Below are positions 49,510-61,171 of a stretch of 64,000 nucleotides of DNA, one piece after another. The notes beneath the pieces are model-generated. The model was not told where the DNA came from. It saw only the letters and a list, made by a program, of their open reading frames with translations, and ran no database searches. This DNA is from Azolla caroliniana. Lineage: Eukaryota; Plantae; Polypodiophyta. The position numbers and the translations under genes are program-made. Every line of letters begins with the position of its first letter. Position 1 is the stretch's first letter. Where the stretch lies: the NCBI GenBank assembly GCA_043228905.1, contig JBHGNT010000010.1, forward strand, positions 6,448,001 through 6,512,000. Reading direction: 5' to 3'.

Positions 49510-50382
49510 ACTTTTGAGAGCGAGTTGAAATTGATCATATCCAGAATAAAGGTCTCCCATTGAATATATAGCTCTTCCTACAAACATCTCAGCAAACTCA
49601 TCCACAATTGGCCCTACTCCCGAGTTTCGGATTGTTACCTTATTCATGGGTTGCATATCTTGGATAAATCGGAGTCGCCCATCTTTCTTTAACACAGTGA
49701 ACCATCGACTCGAGTAAGGAGCGTTCGATGGTTCCAAGATACCCATCCTTATCTTTTCTTTCAAAAGTTCTAATAGTTGAGGGATTCTAGCCCTAGGCAT
49801 GGGTATTGGCTTAAAGTTCCATGGAATATGAGGAATAGTGAATATAACCATGGGCTCTACAATTTCTGGATCCACACACCCTATTTCCTCAGGTTGGAAT
49901 GCGAACGCCTTTCCATGCCTTTTTAACATCTCCCTGAATTTCTTTTCTTCAGAAGGTAATAGGAAGTCACCCCCTCCTATTTTCATCCCTTGTATTGTTT
50001 CCGGAGTAAGCAAATGTCCCACCTTTTGTGGGTCTCTAATCATTGTCTCTGTTTGTGGCTGCTTCTTTGATTGCTTTTTCACTATCCCCTGGAAGTGGAG
50101 CAGCAATAGGACGAACCTTCTTCTCCATTGTCTTGTACTTTGTTAGTACATGTGCTTCATGATCCTTTCGAGCAACTTCTTCGATGACCTCGTACATCTT
50201 GATTGAATGGACAGGAACTTGGATTTCGTTGTCTTCTTCCATTGCTTCCAAATGAGTTATTGTATCTTCAAAACTTAATTCTTGAAACATATCTTGAATT
50301 TCTTCATCATCATCTATTAATCCATAACACTTAAAGTACTCGAAAGCATTTTGTATTTTATTATTATTTACTTTTAGTATTC
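49510..50382 (-). pseudogene. Inverted segment of element K pol (RT N-terminal part)
   Basis: Minus ORF 49507-50106 (GILEPSNAPYSSRWFTVLKKDGRLRFIQD) ends in the same peptide that begins plus ORF 50400-51464. Confidence 0.9.
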
Positions 50383-52926
50383 TGGATGAGTTTGCTGAGA
50401 TGTTTGTAGGAAGAGCTATATATTCAATGGGAGACCTTTATTCTGGATATGATCAATTTCAACTTGCTCTCAAAAGTCGAGATATAACTTCTATCAAGAC
50501 ACCTATAGGGTTAGTACGGATGTGCACCTTGCCGCAAGGAGCGACCAACTCAGTGGCGCATATGATGAATGGAATGAACAAGGTACTTCATGATTTTATT
50601 GCTCATATTACAATGCCTTTTCTAGATGATGTTCCAATTAAGGGATGCAAGGAGGAAGAGAGGAACGAGGAATTGGATGAAAGTGGTTGCCATCAATTTG
50701 TTGCTGATGATATCAAGGATTGTGAGAAGGTGCTATCAAGGATGGAAGAAGTGCATTTGACCTTATCAGGAGTGAAGTCAATATTTGGGGCAAAAGAGAT
50801 ATTAATAGTTGGTCATATGTGTGGCCCATATGGGAGAAAGCCATCCCCAACCAAGGTCAATGCAATTCAAAATATGCAAGAGGAATGTACATCCATCTCA
50901 GAAGTACGAAGGTTTCTGGGGGTATGTGTTTTTTACTGTAAATGGATTCCGCATTATGCCCATTTATCTAAACCTTTATATAGACTCCTAAGAAAAGGAG
51001 AGATATTTGAATGGAGTGAAGAGCATTCAGAGGTAATGAAGAAATTGAAGTACTACTTAGCACAAGCTCCACCATTAAAGCAACCTGACTACACCCGACC
51101 CATATATCTCACAGTAGACTCTAGTCCCATTGGAATTGGATGGGTGATAAGCCAACAAGATGGGGAAGAAAGGTATCCAATCCGATTCGGAGCAAAGGTT
51201 CTTAGTGGTCGACAAAGAAAATATGCACAGGTGAAAAGAGAGCTATGGGGGATAATAACAACAGTAAGGACAGACAAAGATTACTTAATTGGTGTTGAAG
51301 TAATAATAGAAATAGATTGTTTGCCTATTCTTGGTATCATAGCTAATTGTGATATTCCAGATCAAGCCATGTTAAGATGGTGTATCTATATTAGATCAGT
51401 CAACCCTGAAGTTCGACATATCTCTGGGAATAGAAATGCAGTAGCAGATATGTTATCAAGATGAAGGTATGAGGAAGAGGAGATTCCAGACTCGGACGAT
51501 GAGGACAAAAAACAAACAGTCCTTACCACAAGCATTACCCGGGAAGGAGGAATGCAGTTTCTAGAAGAGGAGTATGAAGAAGAATTCAAGGAAATAGGGA
51601 AATACCTACAAACCCCTGACAAGTACAAAGGTCGATCTGGAAAAGAGTTCACACAGTTTCGCAAGAAAGCCCATAAGTTCTTCCTGCATGAAGGATATCT
51701 ATGGCGAAATCCGAAAACCAAGACTGGAAACCCGCAAAGAGTAATAGGTTCTGCAGGGCAAAGAAAGGAGATAATCAGAGAGCTGCATGACAAAGAATGG
51801 GCTGGCATCGAGGAGTGTGGGCCACTTTCAGTAAGATTAAAGAACGATTTTGGTGGCCTTGATACTATGAGAAAATAAAAAAGTATGTGGAAACTTGTCC
51901 CACTTGTCAATATTATTCAAACGTAAAATTTTGTGATGAATTACACCCAACATTACAAGTGGATGATAGATTTGGTAACAATGCCACTTGGAGTAGGACA
52001 AAAGAGATACTTGGTTCTTGCTAGAGAAGATCTAACAAATCAAGTGGAAGGTCGTTCATTGCGAACAAAAGGGACATTAGGAGTGTGTCAATTCATCTTG
52101 GAGGACATTGTTTGTAGATATGGATGTATTGGGAAGATAGTGGCAGATAGGGGAGAACTCAATTCTGCGGAAGCTCAAGATTTTTTCGACAAAATAGGAA
52201 TTTGGCTTTCTTTGACAACGGCGTACAATCCAGAAGCTAATGGAAAGGTAGAAAGGGGACATGGGCCAATAGTCAAAGCTTTGACAAAGGCATGTAGAGG
52301 ACGGGTCAGTGATTGGCCAAAAACCTTACCCTATGCACTATGGGCTGATAGGACAACTCACAACACTGTTACTGGATATATGCCTGCAGAATTAATCACA
52401 GGACAGAAGCCAATAATGCCAATTGAAGAAAAGATAACTACATGGGTTGTGTTGCCTTGGGAATCGGAAATGAGTAGGGAAGATTTACTTGCGGTTCGAA
52501 TACGACAACTTCAATCAAGGACAGAAGACATAGAAAAAGCAGCTACTAGATTGAAAGAGGCAAGAATCAAGAATAAGGACAAATTTGACAAGATGAAAAG
52601 AATACGACCAAGAAAGGTGCAAGAGGGAGATTGGGTATTAGTATATGATAATAGCCTAGATAATCAATACAGTACTATTCGGAAGTTTGCAAAAAGATGG
52701 TTTGGACCTTATGAAGTTAGGAAAATAACAGATAAAGCCACATATTTCTTCAATGAATTAGATGGGACAGAAATTCGTATCCCAATTGCAGGAAAAAGGA
52801 TTAAAATATTTAAAAGGAGGGAGTCATTAGAGCCTGAATTTTATGAAGAAGTAGAAGAACTAAAAGAATCGGAAGAAGTGTTGGATGAACTCTGCACAAC
52901 CAATGTGCAAGTTCAGAGGGGGTGGG
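50383..52926 (+). pseudogene. pol: pol (RT-RNase H-integrase) of element K
   Basis: ORFs 50400-51464, 51552-51878 and 51933-52934, with DLYSGYDQ, LPQG, FLDD, NAVADMLSR, AYNPEANGKVER and WFGPY motifs. Confidence 0.93.
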
Positions 52927-53850
52927 TGTCGTGAAGAATGTGCTTCAGGATATAAAAATGAGCTTAAATGTTGTATTTAATAATATTTGAGAGACTTGAA
53001 CCCACATCCTTATATACGATGTACAATGTACATACCACTAGGCTAGGCTATTTATTTGTAAAAATGTGTAATAAATGTGCTTCATGATATAAGAATGAAG
53101 CTATATATTGTATTAAGTAAAATTGAGGGACTTGAACCCTCAACCTTGTATACCAAGCACCAAGCATACACCACTAAGCTAGGTCAATTATTTTAGAATG
53201 CATTTTCATCATTATACTTATCCCATATCTATTTTCATACATAGCCATCATTCATCACATGCAATGCATGTGCGCCAAATGGCGATCATGCATTACATGT
53301 AACTTATGCATTGCATGCATGCCATGCTCCCATACATTACCATATGCATGACAACACTTATATAAAGAGGGGCAAGGAAAACAAGAGGGAATCAAGAAGA
53401 GAGAGTGAGAAAATAATACAATCAAGTAAAGAAGACTAGCTCATTGGGTGGAGAACCTCTCGTTTCGAAGTTGAGGTCGTGGCTTCAAATCAAGGGTCGG
53501 TAGAGAATGTGTTCAGTTTGCGATCAAGGATTGTAAAGTTGGTAAAATATTGTCTTTTTAATATACATCATGTTTATATCAAATACTCTTGCTTCTTGAT
53601 TCATACTTTGTCTCAATCTTCCTTCTTAAATCATATTTTGTCTCTATCTTGCTTCTTGAATCATATATTATCTCTATCTTCTATCTATTCTCGTCTCTCT
53701 CTCACACACATTACTCGTAACTCTTCTTCTTGCTACTCTTAACCTTTCTAACATCACCATACACCCCCCCTTATTAAAAATTAAGTTTCTTTAACTCCCC
53801 TTAACCTTAGTCCCTGCGACTTCGCCGCACGAACCATAACTACCCCGACA
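52927..53850 (+). repeat. 3' LTR of element K (carries two extra copies of a ~31-bp unit at ~53587-53680)
   Basis: Direct repeat of 41822-42682, about 60 bp longer. Confidence 0.95.
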
Positions 53851-55619
53851 ACGCTCCTGAATGAAGTGATAGTGCACTTCGATATGCTTTGTGCATGCGT
53901 GGAACACTGGGTTCTGAGCCAAATAAATACTGCTCATGTTGTTGCAGTAAAGGGGAGTCGGATCCTTGATGGGAACGCCCAGATCCTTCAAAATCCTCTT
54001 AAGCCATACGACTTCATATGCAGCTATGGCTGCACCCCTGTATTCCGCTTCCGTACTCGAAAGAGCGACGGTAGGTTGCTTTTTGCTACTGCACGAAATC
54101 GTTCCGCTGCCGAGGGAGAAGACGAATCCGGAGGTCGATCGTCGATCTGCTTTGTAGCTAGCCCAATCCACGTCCGTGTATCCTTCGAGTCGTATTGGTG
54201 TGGTCGATTTGTAGAGAATGTTGTAATCCATTGTTCCGCTCACATATTGTAATTCTCGCTTAGCACAATTGAAATGATTATCTCACGGAGTTTGCATGAA
54301 TTGGCTAAGGAGTCCGACCGGATAGCTAAGGTCAGGTCGTGTGATCATGAGATAGATGAGACTCCCGATCAGTTGTCGATATTGAGTCGGATCGCACTCA
54401 TTCGTGCCGGAGTCGGCATCTAGTTTGAGGTTTCTATCGAGAGGCGTAGCGATCGATTTGCACTCCTTCATCCCGAACTTGTATAACAAGTTGAGAATGT
54501 AGTGCCATTGAGAGATCATAATGTCGGCCGGATTCCGAATCACCTCAATTCCTAGGAAGTAGTGTAGCTCCTTCATGTCCGTCATCTCGAATTTGTTGGA
54601 GAGGAGGGACTTCACCTTGTTGATGTCGACTAAATGCTCACCTCCAATAACGAGATCATTCACGTATAGAATGATGACAATTGGGCTTTTAGACTCGTTT
54701 CATACATAGAGGGAGTTGTCGGATTTCGACATTCGAAAGCCGATTTGATGAAGATATTGCGTAATCTTCAAATGCCAAGCATGTGGTGCTTGCTTGAGGC
54801 CGTAGAGAGGCTTCTTGAGTCGACATACAGCTTTCGGATGGATGTTGGATTCGAAGTTGGGTGGTTGAACCCTATACACCTCCTCTTTCAATTCACCTTG
54901 AAGAAAGGCGTTCTTTACGTCCATTTGGTGAAGGTGCCACCCTTTCGCCGCTGCAAGTGCGATCACGGTCCACACAGTTGTCATCTTTGCCACCGGGGCA
55001 AAGGTCTCTTCGTAGTCAACTCCATGTGTTTGTGCATATCCTTTCGCTACAATTCGAGCTTAGTAGCAATTGACGGAGCCATCGACATTATACTTCACCT
55101 TGTAGATCCATTTGCAGCCTATCACCTTCTTGTACGGTGAGTGGGGAACGATATCCCATGTGTCGTTCTTGCGTAGTGCACACATCTCCTCGTTCATTGC
55201 TTCGATCCATCGCGGGTCCTTTGCGGCTCCGGAAAAGGTTTCCAGCTCCCATACTGTTGCGACCTTCATCATAAAGGCGTAATGGTATGCCATATACTCA
55301 TCGTAGCCGAAGCGGCTTACGAGGTTCTTTTCATGGGTGGATCGGCGTAGCTTCTCGTTTGCGGATTCTAAGGCTTTCTTCACTCCATTTGTCCGGATGT
55401 CAAGGCCTTCGAACTCACTATCGAGGGAGTGAGTCGATTCGTTGCCATCGAAATGAGCGTCTTCATACTCTGGCATTTTGGCCTTCCCTTTGTCCATCTT
55501 CGGACTCGGCCGAGATGTGCTTTGATCGCTTGGGGGCTCTTGTGGCCCACTAAGCCTTGTTCTTCGAACATGCGCGTGAGTGGATCTTAGGCTTCTATCT
55601 CTATTTCGGAGGAATCCGG

Positions 55620-56325
55620 TGTCGTAAAGATTTTCGTCCATAGGCGGAAACCGGGGTGGAAAGGGCAAGTCGGTGGTGTGCAACATGTGCACACGTATAC
55701 TAGGAAACGATGTATAGAAATAAGAGGGGAGATTTTATCCCACATTGTAAGGTCCCTCCCTCCTTGGGCTATAAAAGGAAGGGAGGGGTCACTTATGAAG
55801 GGTTGCCTATTTTGCGTATGATGGACAAGGGCATAGGCGGAAACCGGGGTGGAAAGGGCAAGTCGGTGGTGTGCAACATGTGCACACGTATACTAGGAAA
55901 TGGTGTATAGAAATAAGAGGGGAGATTTTATCCCACTCCTTGGGCTATAAAAGGAAGGGAGGGGTCACTTATGAAGGGTTGCCTATTTTGCGTATGATGG
56001 GGATACCACTTAGCCTAGAGTTCTTACCGTTTTAGGGTTAGGGTTTCGTTTAGGGTTTTCCTTATTCATCTTCGGTTAGGGTTTTCTCATAGTTCATTGG
56101 TGCGGCCCATGCGGCCACCATTGTTGTAATCATTCGTTTGTTTTAATATGTCTTGTTGAGTATCTTACCTCCGCCGATCTCTCCTTCTATGTGGTGATCT
56201 TATTCTTTCTTCTTGTCCTCTTGAGCTAAGCTTCCAAACATATCTTATTCTTTCTCCTCTACTCCCTAGTCCAAGACCCCCGTGGTTCCGCCTCTTTCTA
56301 CACGCACGTGCGTAACAACGTGACA
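55620..56325 (+). mobile_element. Solo LTR related to element B, inserted in Copia G
   Basis: TGTCG...TGACA termini and shared blocks with 4169-5014 (atcccacattgtaa, ctataaaaggaaggga, ttctacacgcacg). The 4-bp flanks are ccgg/ctgg. Confidence 0.88.
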
Positions 56326-57463
56326 CTGGGTTGAGTGGAATCGGAGTCGAAGTTGTCTCTGGTGCGTACCAAGATGCGGACTCTCTGTACTTTGTTCTTG
56401 TCTTTTGTTTCTTGGTTGTCTTGGTTCTTGTGTCTCTCATTTTGTACGTGTTGACCGGTTGTGGCCGACTACATATTTATAAAAAATGGTATTAGAGCGA
56501 TGGATGAACATCTTGGAGGAATGTTCAAGCTAATCGGCTCCAACTATTCAGTGTGAAGTCAAAGATGAGGGATATTTTGGTGTGTTGAGACCTCTGGTTG
56601 CCGGTGTAGTTCAGAGATGATAAGCCAGACAAAATCTGTAAAGAATCAGATATGATTCTTGTGAAGCAGAAGGGGTGTGTGTTATGTGTGTATGTGTGAG
56701 AGAAGAGATGAGAGAGGAGAGGAGAGAAACACAAGATAGATAAGAGACAATATGAAGTACTCAAGAAGAAGAAGGAGATGTATATTAACAAGTAGAATAT
56801 GAGATACAAAATAACGTTACAAGGAGTCACAAAATAACGTTCTCAAACGGTGTGTTCACACGTTGCTCTATGTTGAGCTTGATTCTCAAAAAAATCTATA
56901 CATCAACTTGGAGGTTGTGCATCTGAAGACGACAACCTACATCAGATGTTTTATAGACATGAGTCTATATAACAATTTCAATGAAGAGACAAAGGCAAAT
57001 GTCGTGTAGAAGGAGATCGGTGTTATGTTCGAGAACAAAAACACCATTAAAAGAGTTTCAGTCTTCCGGAAGATTATGAGACTGAGGTACCAAGATGGCT
57101 CAAGCATGGCAGAGCACTTGAATGCCTTCCAAGGACTGATCAACCAGACCACCTCTCTGGAAGTACCTCTTGCCGAGGGGGTATTAACATTGTTGTTGTT
57201 GGCATCCCTTTCAGACAGTTGGGAGACACTCGTTGTCACATTGGGAAACGTCGGACCGGAAGGGAAGCATCTATCCCTAGAGAAGGTGAAGTCGAGCTTA
57301 TTAAATGCGGAAGCTTGCCGGAAGGACAAAAAGTCCTTTTCCGACCCGAAGGCCCTAGTCATAGAAGGTCACTCAAACAGAGGGAGAGGCCAATAGAGAA
57401 GTCCCCAAAACCGGGACAAGTCTGGAATGAGGTTGAAGTCAAGGGGGAGGCTCACGTGTTTCT

Positions 57464-57833
57464 TGTTGAGAAGAAAGCTCAACATGGGCCGGATCAACTG
57501 AAGAAGCGGAGAGCCAAATCGGATGAAGACCGATCGACTAGGCCGGGATCGGTTGAAGAAACCAAGAGTCGGATCAGATTAAGACTGATCGGATAGGGCG
57601 AATCGGATGGAATCCGATAGGTTGTTAGGGGCCTATATTCCTATTTTAGCAAATAGGAATATTATAGGTTGTTAGTGTTAGTTAATGAGCATTCAAGTAC
57701 GTGTCAATACTTGTGTCAGCCCACTCTTCAAGGCTTGTATAAAAAATGCTCAATGAACACATTGTATGGACTGAGTATTTTTGGAGTATCTTGTAATAGA
57801 ATTTTCTGTTGTCTGATCTCTCTTAGTCTCTCC

Positions 57834-57878
<45 letters not shown>

Positions 57879-59044
57879 GTACTCTGTGTTTTGTGTTGAC
57901 TAACTATTCATCTTCCAGATAACCCACCGATTGTCGGTTCACAAACTTCCGCACATAAATATTTACATGGTATCAGAGCGTGAGAGTTGAGAAGCATCCT
58001 CCGCAGTCGACGTAGCTTACTGACAAGAGCCATCAATAGGGTTACGGAAAAGGAAGAATAGAAACATGGACAGAGGCATGGGTGGCGCTCTTCTGACAAA
58101 GAAGTTGTAAAGAAGCAGCTACGCATCTTGGGAATACAAGATGCACCAATTCCTGCTCAGCTATGGCTACCTGAGTTACATTCAAGGAGAAAATGAAGTC
58201 GCACTGGAATCGGCACACAAGGATTTTCCAGCCTGGGAGCAAGGAGCAAGTAGAGTCTTGTGCTGCCTTGCATCCAATGTGCATGATCAGATGTTGGGCT
58301 ACATTCGGAATGCAAAAAGACGTCGAAGGAGTGATGGGAAAATCTCAAGAAGATTTTCGCCGCAAGTACCACGACCTGGAAGTTGCAGTTTCAGCAAGAG
58401 CTCAACAATATTTGACAGAAGGATATGTCGGTGATCGACTACACCATGAACATCAAGGAGATCTACAATGCCTTAGGGTTCATCAATGTGTCGGTGGACG
58501 AGGAAGAAATTGTACAGATCTGCCTTGGTGGTCTAGCTCCGAGGTACAGGCCAATCCAGGCGACTATTTGCACGAGGGAGAAACCACTATCATTCTTCGA
58601 CCTGCAATCAATGCTTATGCTCAAAGAAAACCACAGAAGTGCATCAAGAAGCATGCAATCAGACAATCCGATGTTGTACATGGAGGTAGGTAGACCCTGT
58701 GGCCGTGGAGACCACGGTGGATCAACACGCAATGGTGGCAGTCGACAAGAGCAGAACCAGAGGCACAACGGAGGTGCCGATAGCAGTGGACACTCCACAA
58801 ACATGGGGAGTCAGGGTGGTGCCGAAGGTAGGTAAAACAAAGCCAATGCTAGAAGAAGAAGGTCAACTTCGACAAAGTCGAGTTAGGCAAAGCATAGGGA
58901 AATCGGTAACGATCGCACTTCGTTGAAGGCTCGAACCAGGCTAGAATGGGTCCTACATTTGCCATGAAGCATAAGACTAACTCGATGATGACGAGCACCT
59001 CGAAACCAAACAAGGTGTGGTATGTCGATTCTGGAGCATCAAAT
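57464..59044 (+). mobile_element. 5' part of Copia element 'I' (LTR 57464-57967, PBS 57968-57979, decayed gag and protease start)
   Basis: TG...CA LTR, perfect tggtatcagagc PBS and WYVDSGASN protease motif. The LTR is related to 13919-15019. Confidence 0.88.
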
Positions 59045-59319
59045 CTTGGTACAATAATTGACATATGTGTTCATTACTTTAAGGAGTTGATTGGCCCACA
59101 ATTGTTAATGACAAATGAGGTGAGTAGAGCACGCCACGAGTTTTATGATGTGGTTGGATGTATTGTGCACGACCTCATTAGTCACGAATTGGATGCGTAT
59201 TTCACTAATGATGAGATGTACACAGTTTTAAGGCATCTTCCTAGTGGTAAGAGCCCTGGTAAGGATGGCTTGACAAGTGAAGTTTTTAAGCAACATTCAA
59301 ACATTTCAAAGGAACCCTT
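59045..59319 (+). mobile_element. Fragment of an L1-type LINE ORF2 (region just upstream of the RT core)
   Basis: HYFKEL...FTNDEMYTVLRHLPSGKSPGKDGLTSEVFK matches the LINE KSPGxDG motif. Confidence 0.75.
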
Positions 59320-61171
59320 TGACGGGAACTAAAACGCTCCTTCTACACGACGCTCGGCCACAACCGAGCTTCGAATGTGGCCCACAGCTTCCGGTTGTGG
59401 TCATCTATGAACGTCACGAAGTACTGTGCTCTGGCATGTGACTTCGTGTCTACTTGACACACATCCGTATGCACCAACTCCAGTGGTGCATTACGTCTCA
59501 TCGGTGGCCTTGGTCGGAAGGAGGTCCGGTTTTGCTTACCGGCCAGACAATCGGTGCACTTCTCCAAGTGCACGTTCTTCACTGGAATGAGGTTGTCGTC
59601 TGCAAGCCTCTTCATCCCCTTCTCGCTCATATGACACAGTCTCTTGTGCCATAGCTCACCGGCAGTGTCGGATGCCAGGTTCACTTCTTCCGGACATAAC
59701 CGGGCATTCATCAGGTACAGTGTGTTGACCTTCCGGACCCGAGCCACAATCAGGCTCCCTTTGCTGAACTTCATGACACTGTTCCGGATGCTACCCGTGT
59801 AGCCTTCATCATCTAGCCGACCGGCTGATATCAGGTTCAGACGAACCTCTGGAACGTGTCAGACATCCTTCAGCAACAACTTGCATCCAATTGGTGTTGT
59901 TAGCCAAACGTCTCCTATGCTGACAATTCGGCATGTACCTTCATTCCCCATCCGGACACAGCCGTGATCACTGGTTGAGTAGGATGAGAAGCACTTTTGG
60001 TCAAGGGTAAGGTGGAACGACGCTCCGGAGTCTACCACCCAAGTCATCTCGTCACCGGCAAGGTTTATCTCACTCTCCTCGGTGATGAGCATCAACTCTT
60101 CTTCACTTGCCGCGATTGCCGTCGTCCCCTTCCGGTCCGGAGTCTGCTTCGAATCGGTACCGTCGGTTTCCTTGTCCTTTCGGAAATGCCGACAGTTCTT
60201 CTGGAAGTGTCCCGGCTTTCCGCAATAGAAGCAAGTGGGCCTCCCCCTTGACTTTGACCGTGTCCCCGACTTCTCCCGGTTCTGGGGACTACGGTTTCTA
60301 TGTCTTCCGCGTTTTGATTCGGTAAGGAGCGCTTTGGAGTTGGAGCTCGTATCCTTATCTTTCCGACGCGCCTCCTCATCTAGCAAGCTCGACTTTACTC
60401 TTGCTAGGGATAACCGGTTTCCTTCCGGCCCGGCGTTGCCCAAAGTGACAACCAGCGTCTCCCAACTATCTGGGAGGGAACCGAGCAAGAGTAATGCTAG
60501 TACCTCATCGGCGAGAGGTACTTCCAATGAAGTTGCCTGGTGGATCAGCCCCTGGAAGGCATTCATGTGCTCCGCCATGCTGGAGCCATCTTGGTACCGG
60601 AGTCTTACTAGCTTCCGGAATACCGAAACCTGATTAACAACATTTTTGTTTTGAAACATTATGTCGATATTCTCCCAGAGCTCATGAGCCTTGCTCTCTT
60701 CATTGAAGTTGTTGTACAGGCTCATGTCGATGAAGCACCGTATGTACGCCGTTGTCTTCATGTGCATCACCTCCCATATCGCGGCGTCGATTTTGTCCGG
60801 TCTCTTGTCCCCGAACTGAACCGGCAGCCAGAGGTCTTTAACCATGAGCATGTCCCTCATCTTCGACTTCCACACTGAATAGTTGGAGCCGGTGAGCTTG
60901 AACATGCCGCCAAACGAGTCGTCCATTTTCTATGTCGTTTCGCTCTGATACCACTTGACGGGAACTAAAACGCTCCTTCTACACGACGCTTGGCCACAAC
61001 CGAGCTTAGAATCATACACAAAAAACGGGAAATAATGAACGACACGAAGAGGAGATGAGTACGCAGGATGTTTACGTGGAAAACACAAACTAAGGGGAAA
61101 AACCACGGCAGTCCACAGGCTGCAAACTATCACTATGTTAGAATGTACAACAGTGAGTTCACGGAGGCAAC
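59320..61171 (-). mobile_element. Internally deleted Copia element 'J' (gag, protease, integrase N-terminus; 5' LTR 60956-61171 interrupted; ~50-bp 3' LTR stub at 59320-59371)
   Basis: ORFs 59859-60926 (CFYCGKPGHFQKNC, WVVDSGAS) and 59343-59774. PBS at 60942-60953. 59320-59371 duplicates 60956-61007. Confidence 0.92.

Larger units (their letters stand above)
41822..53850 (+). mobile_element. Near full-length Ty3/Gypsy non-chromovirus element 'K' (Phygy-like), decayed
   Basis: Highly similar LTRs at 41822-42682 and 52927-53850 (TGTCG...CGACA), 4-bp TSD acgc, PBS tggtgagcccgacgtgaa at 42687-42704 and PPT agagggggtggg. It encodes gag, RT (LPQG, PFLDD), RNase H and integrase in Gypsy order. Confidence 0.95.
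41068..56891 (-). mobile_element. Copia element 'G' (3' LTR 41068-41537; RNase H/RT 41538-41821 and 53855-55619; rearranged 5' end; second LTR 56637-56891)
   Basis: TSD aaatc at 41063-41067 and 56892-56896. RT and RNase H ORFs 53791-55692 carry MDVKNAFLQG, LYGLKQAP and SSTEAEYR. Confidence 0.88.
39930..57463 (+). mobile_element. 5' part of Copia element 'H' (5' LTR 39930-~40915, PBS 40917-40928, gag 40930-41067 and 56897-57463), split by Copia G
   Basis: The LTR start tgttaggaaacatgtccctc resembles the LTR at 12109. PBS tggtattagagc. The gag is homologous to 59859-60926 and resumes after the aaatc TSD. Confidence 0.8.
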
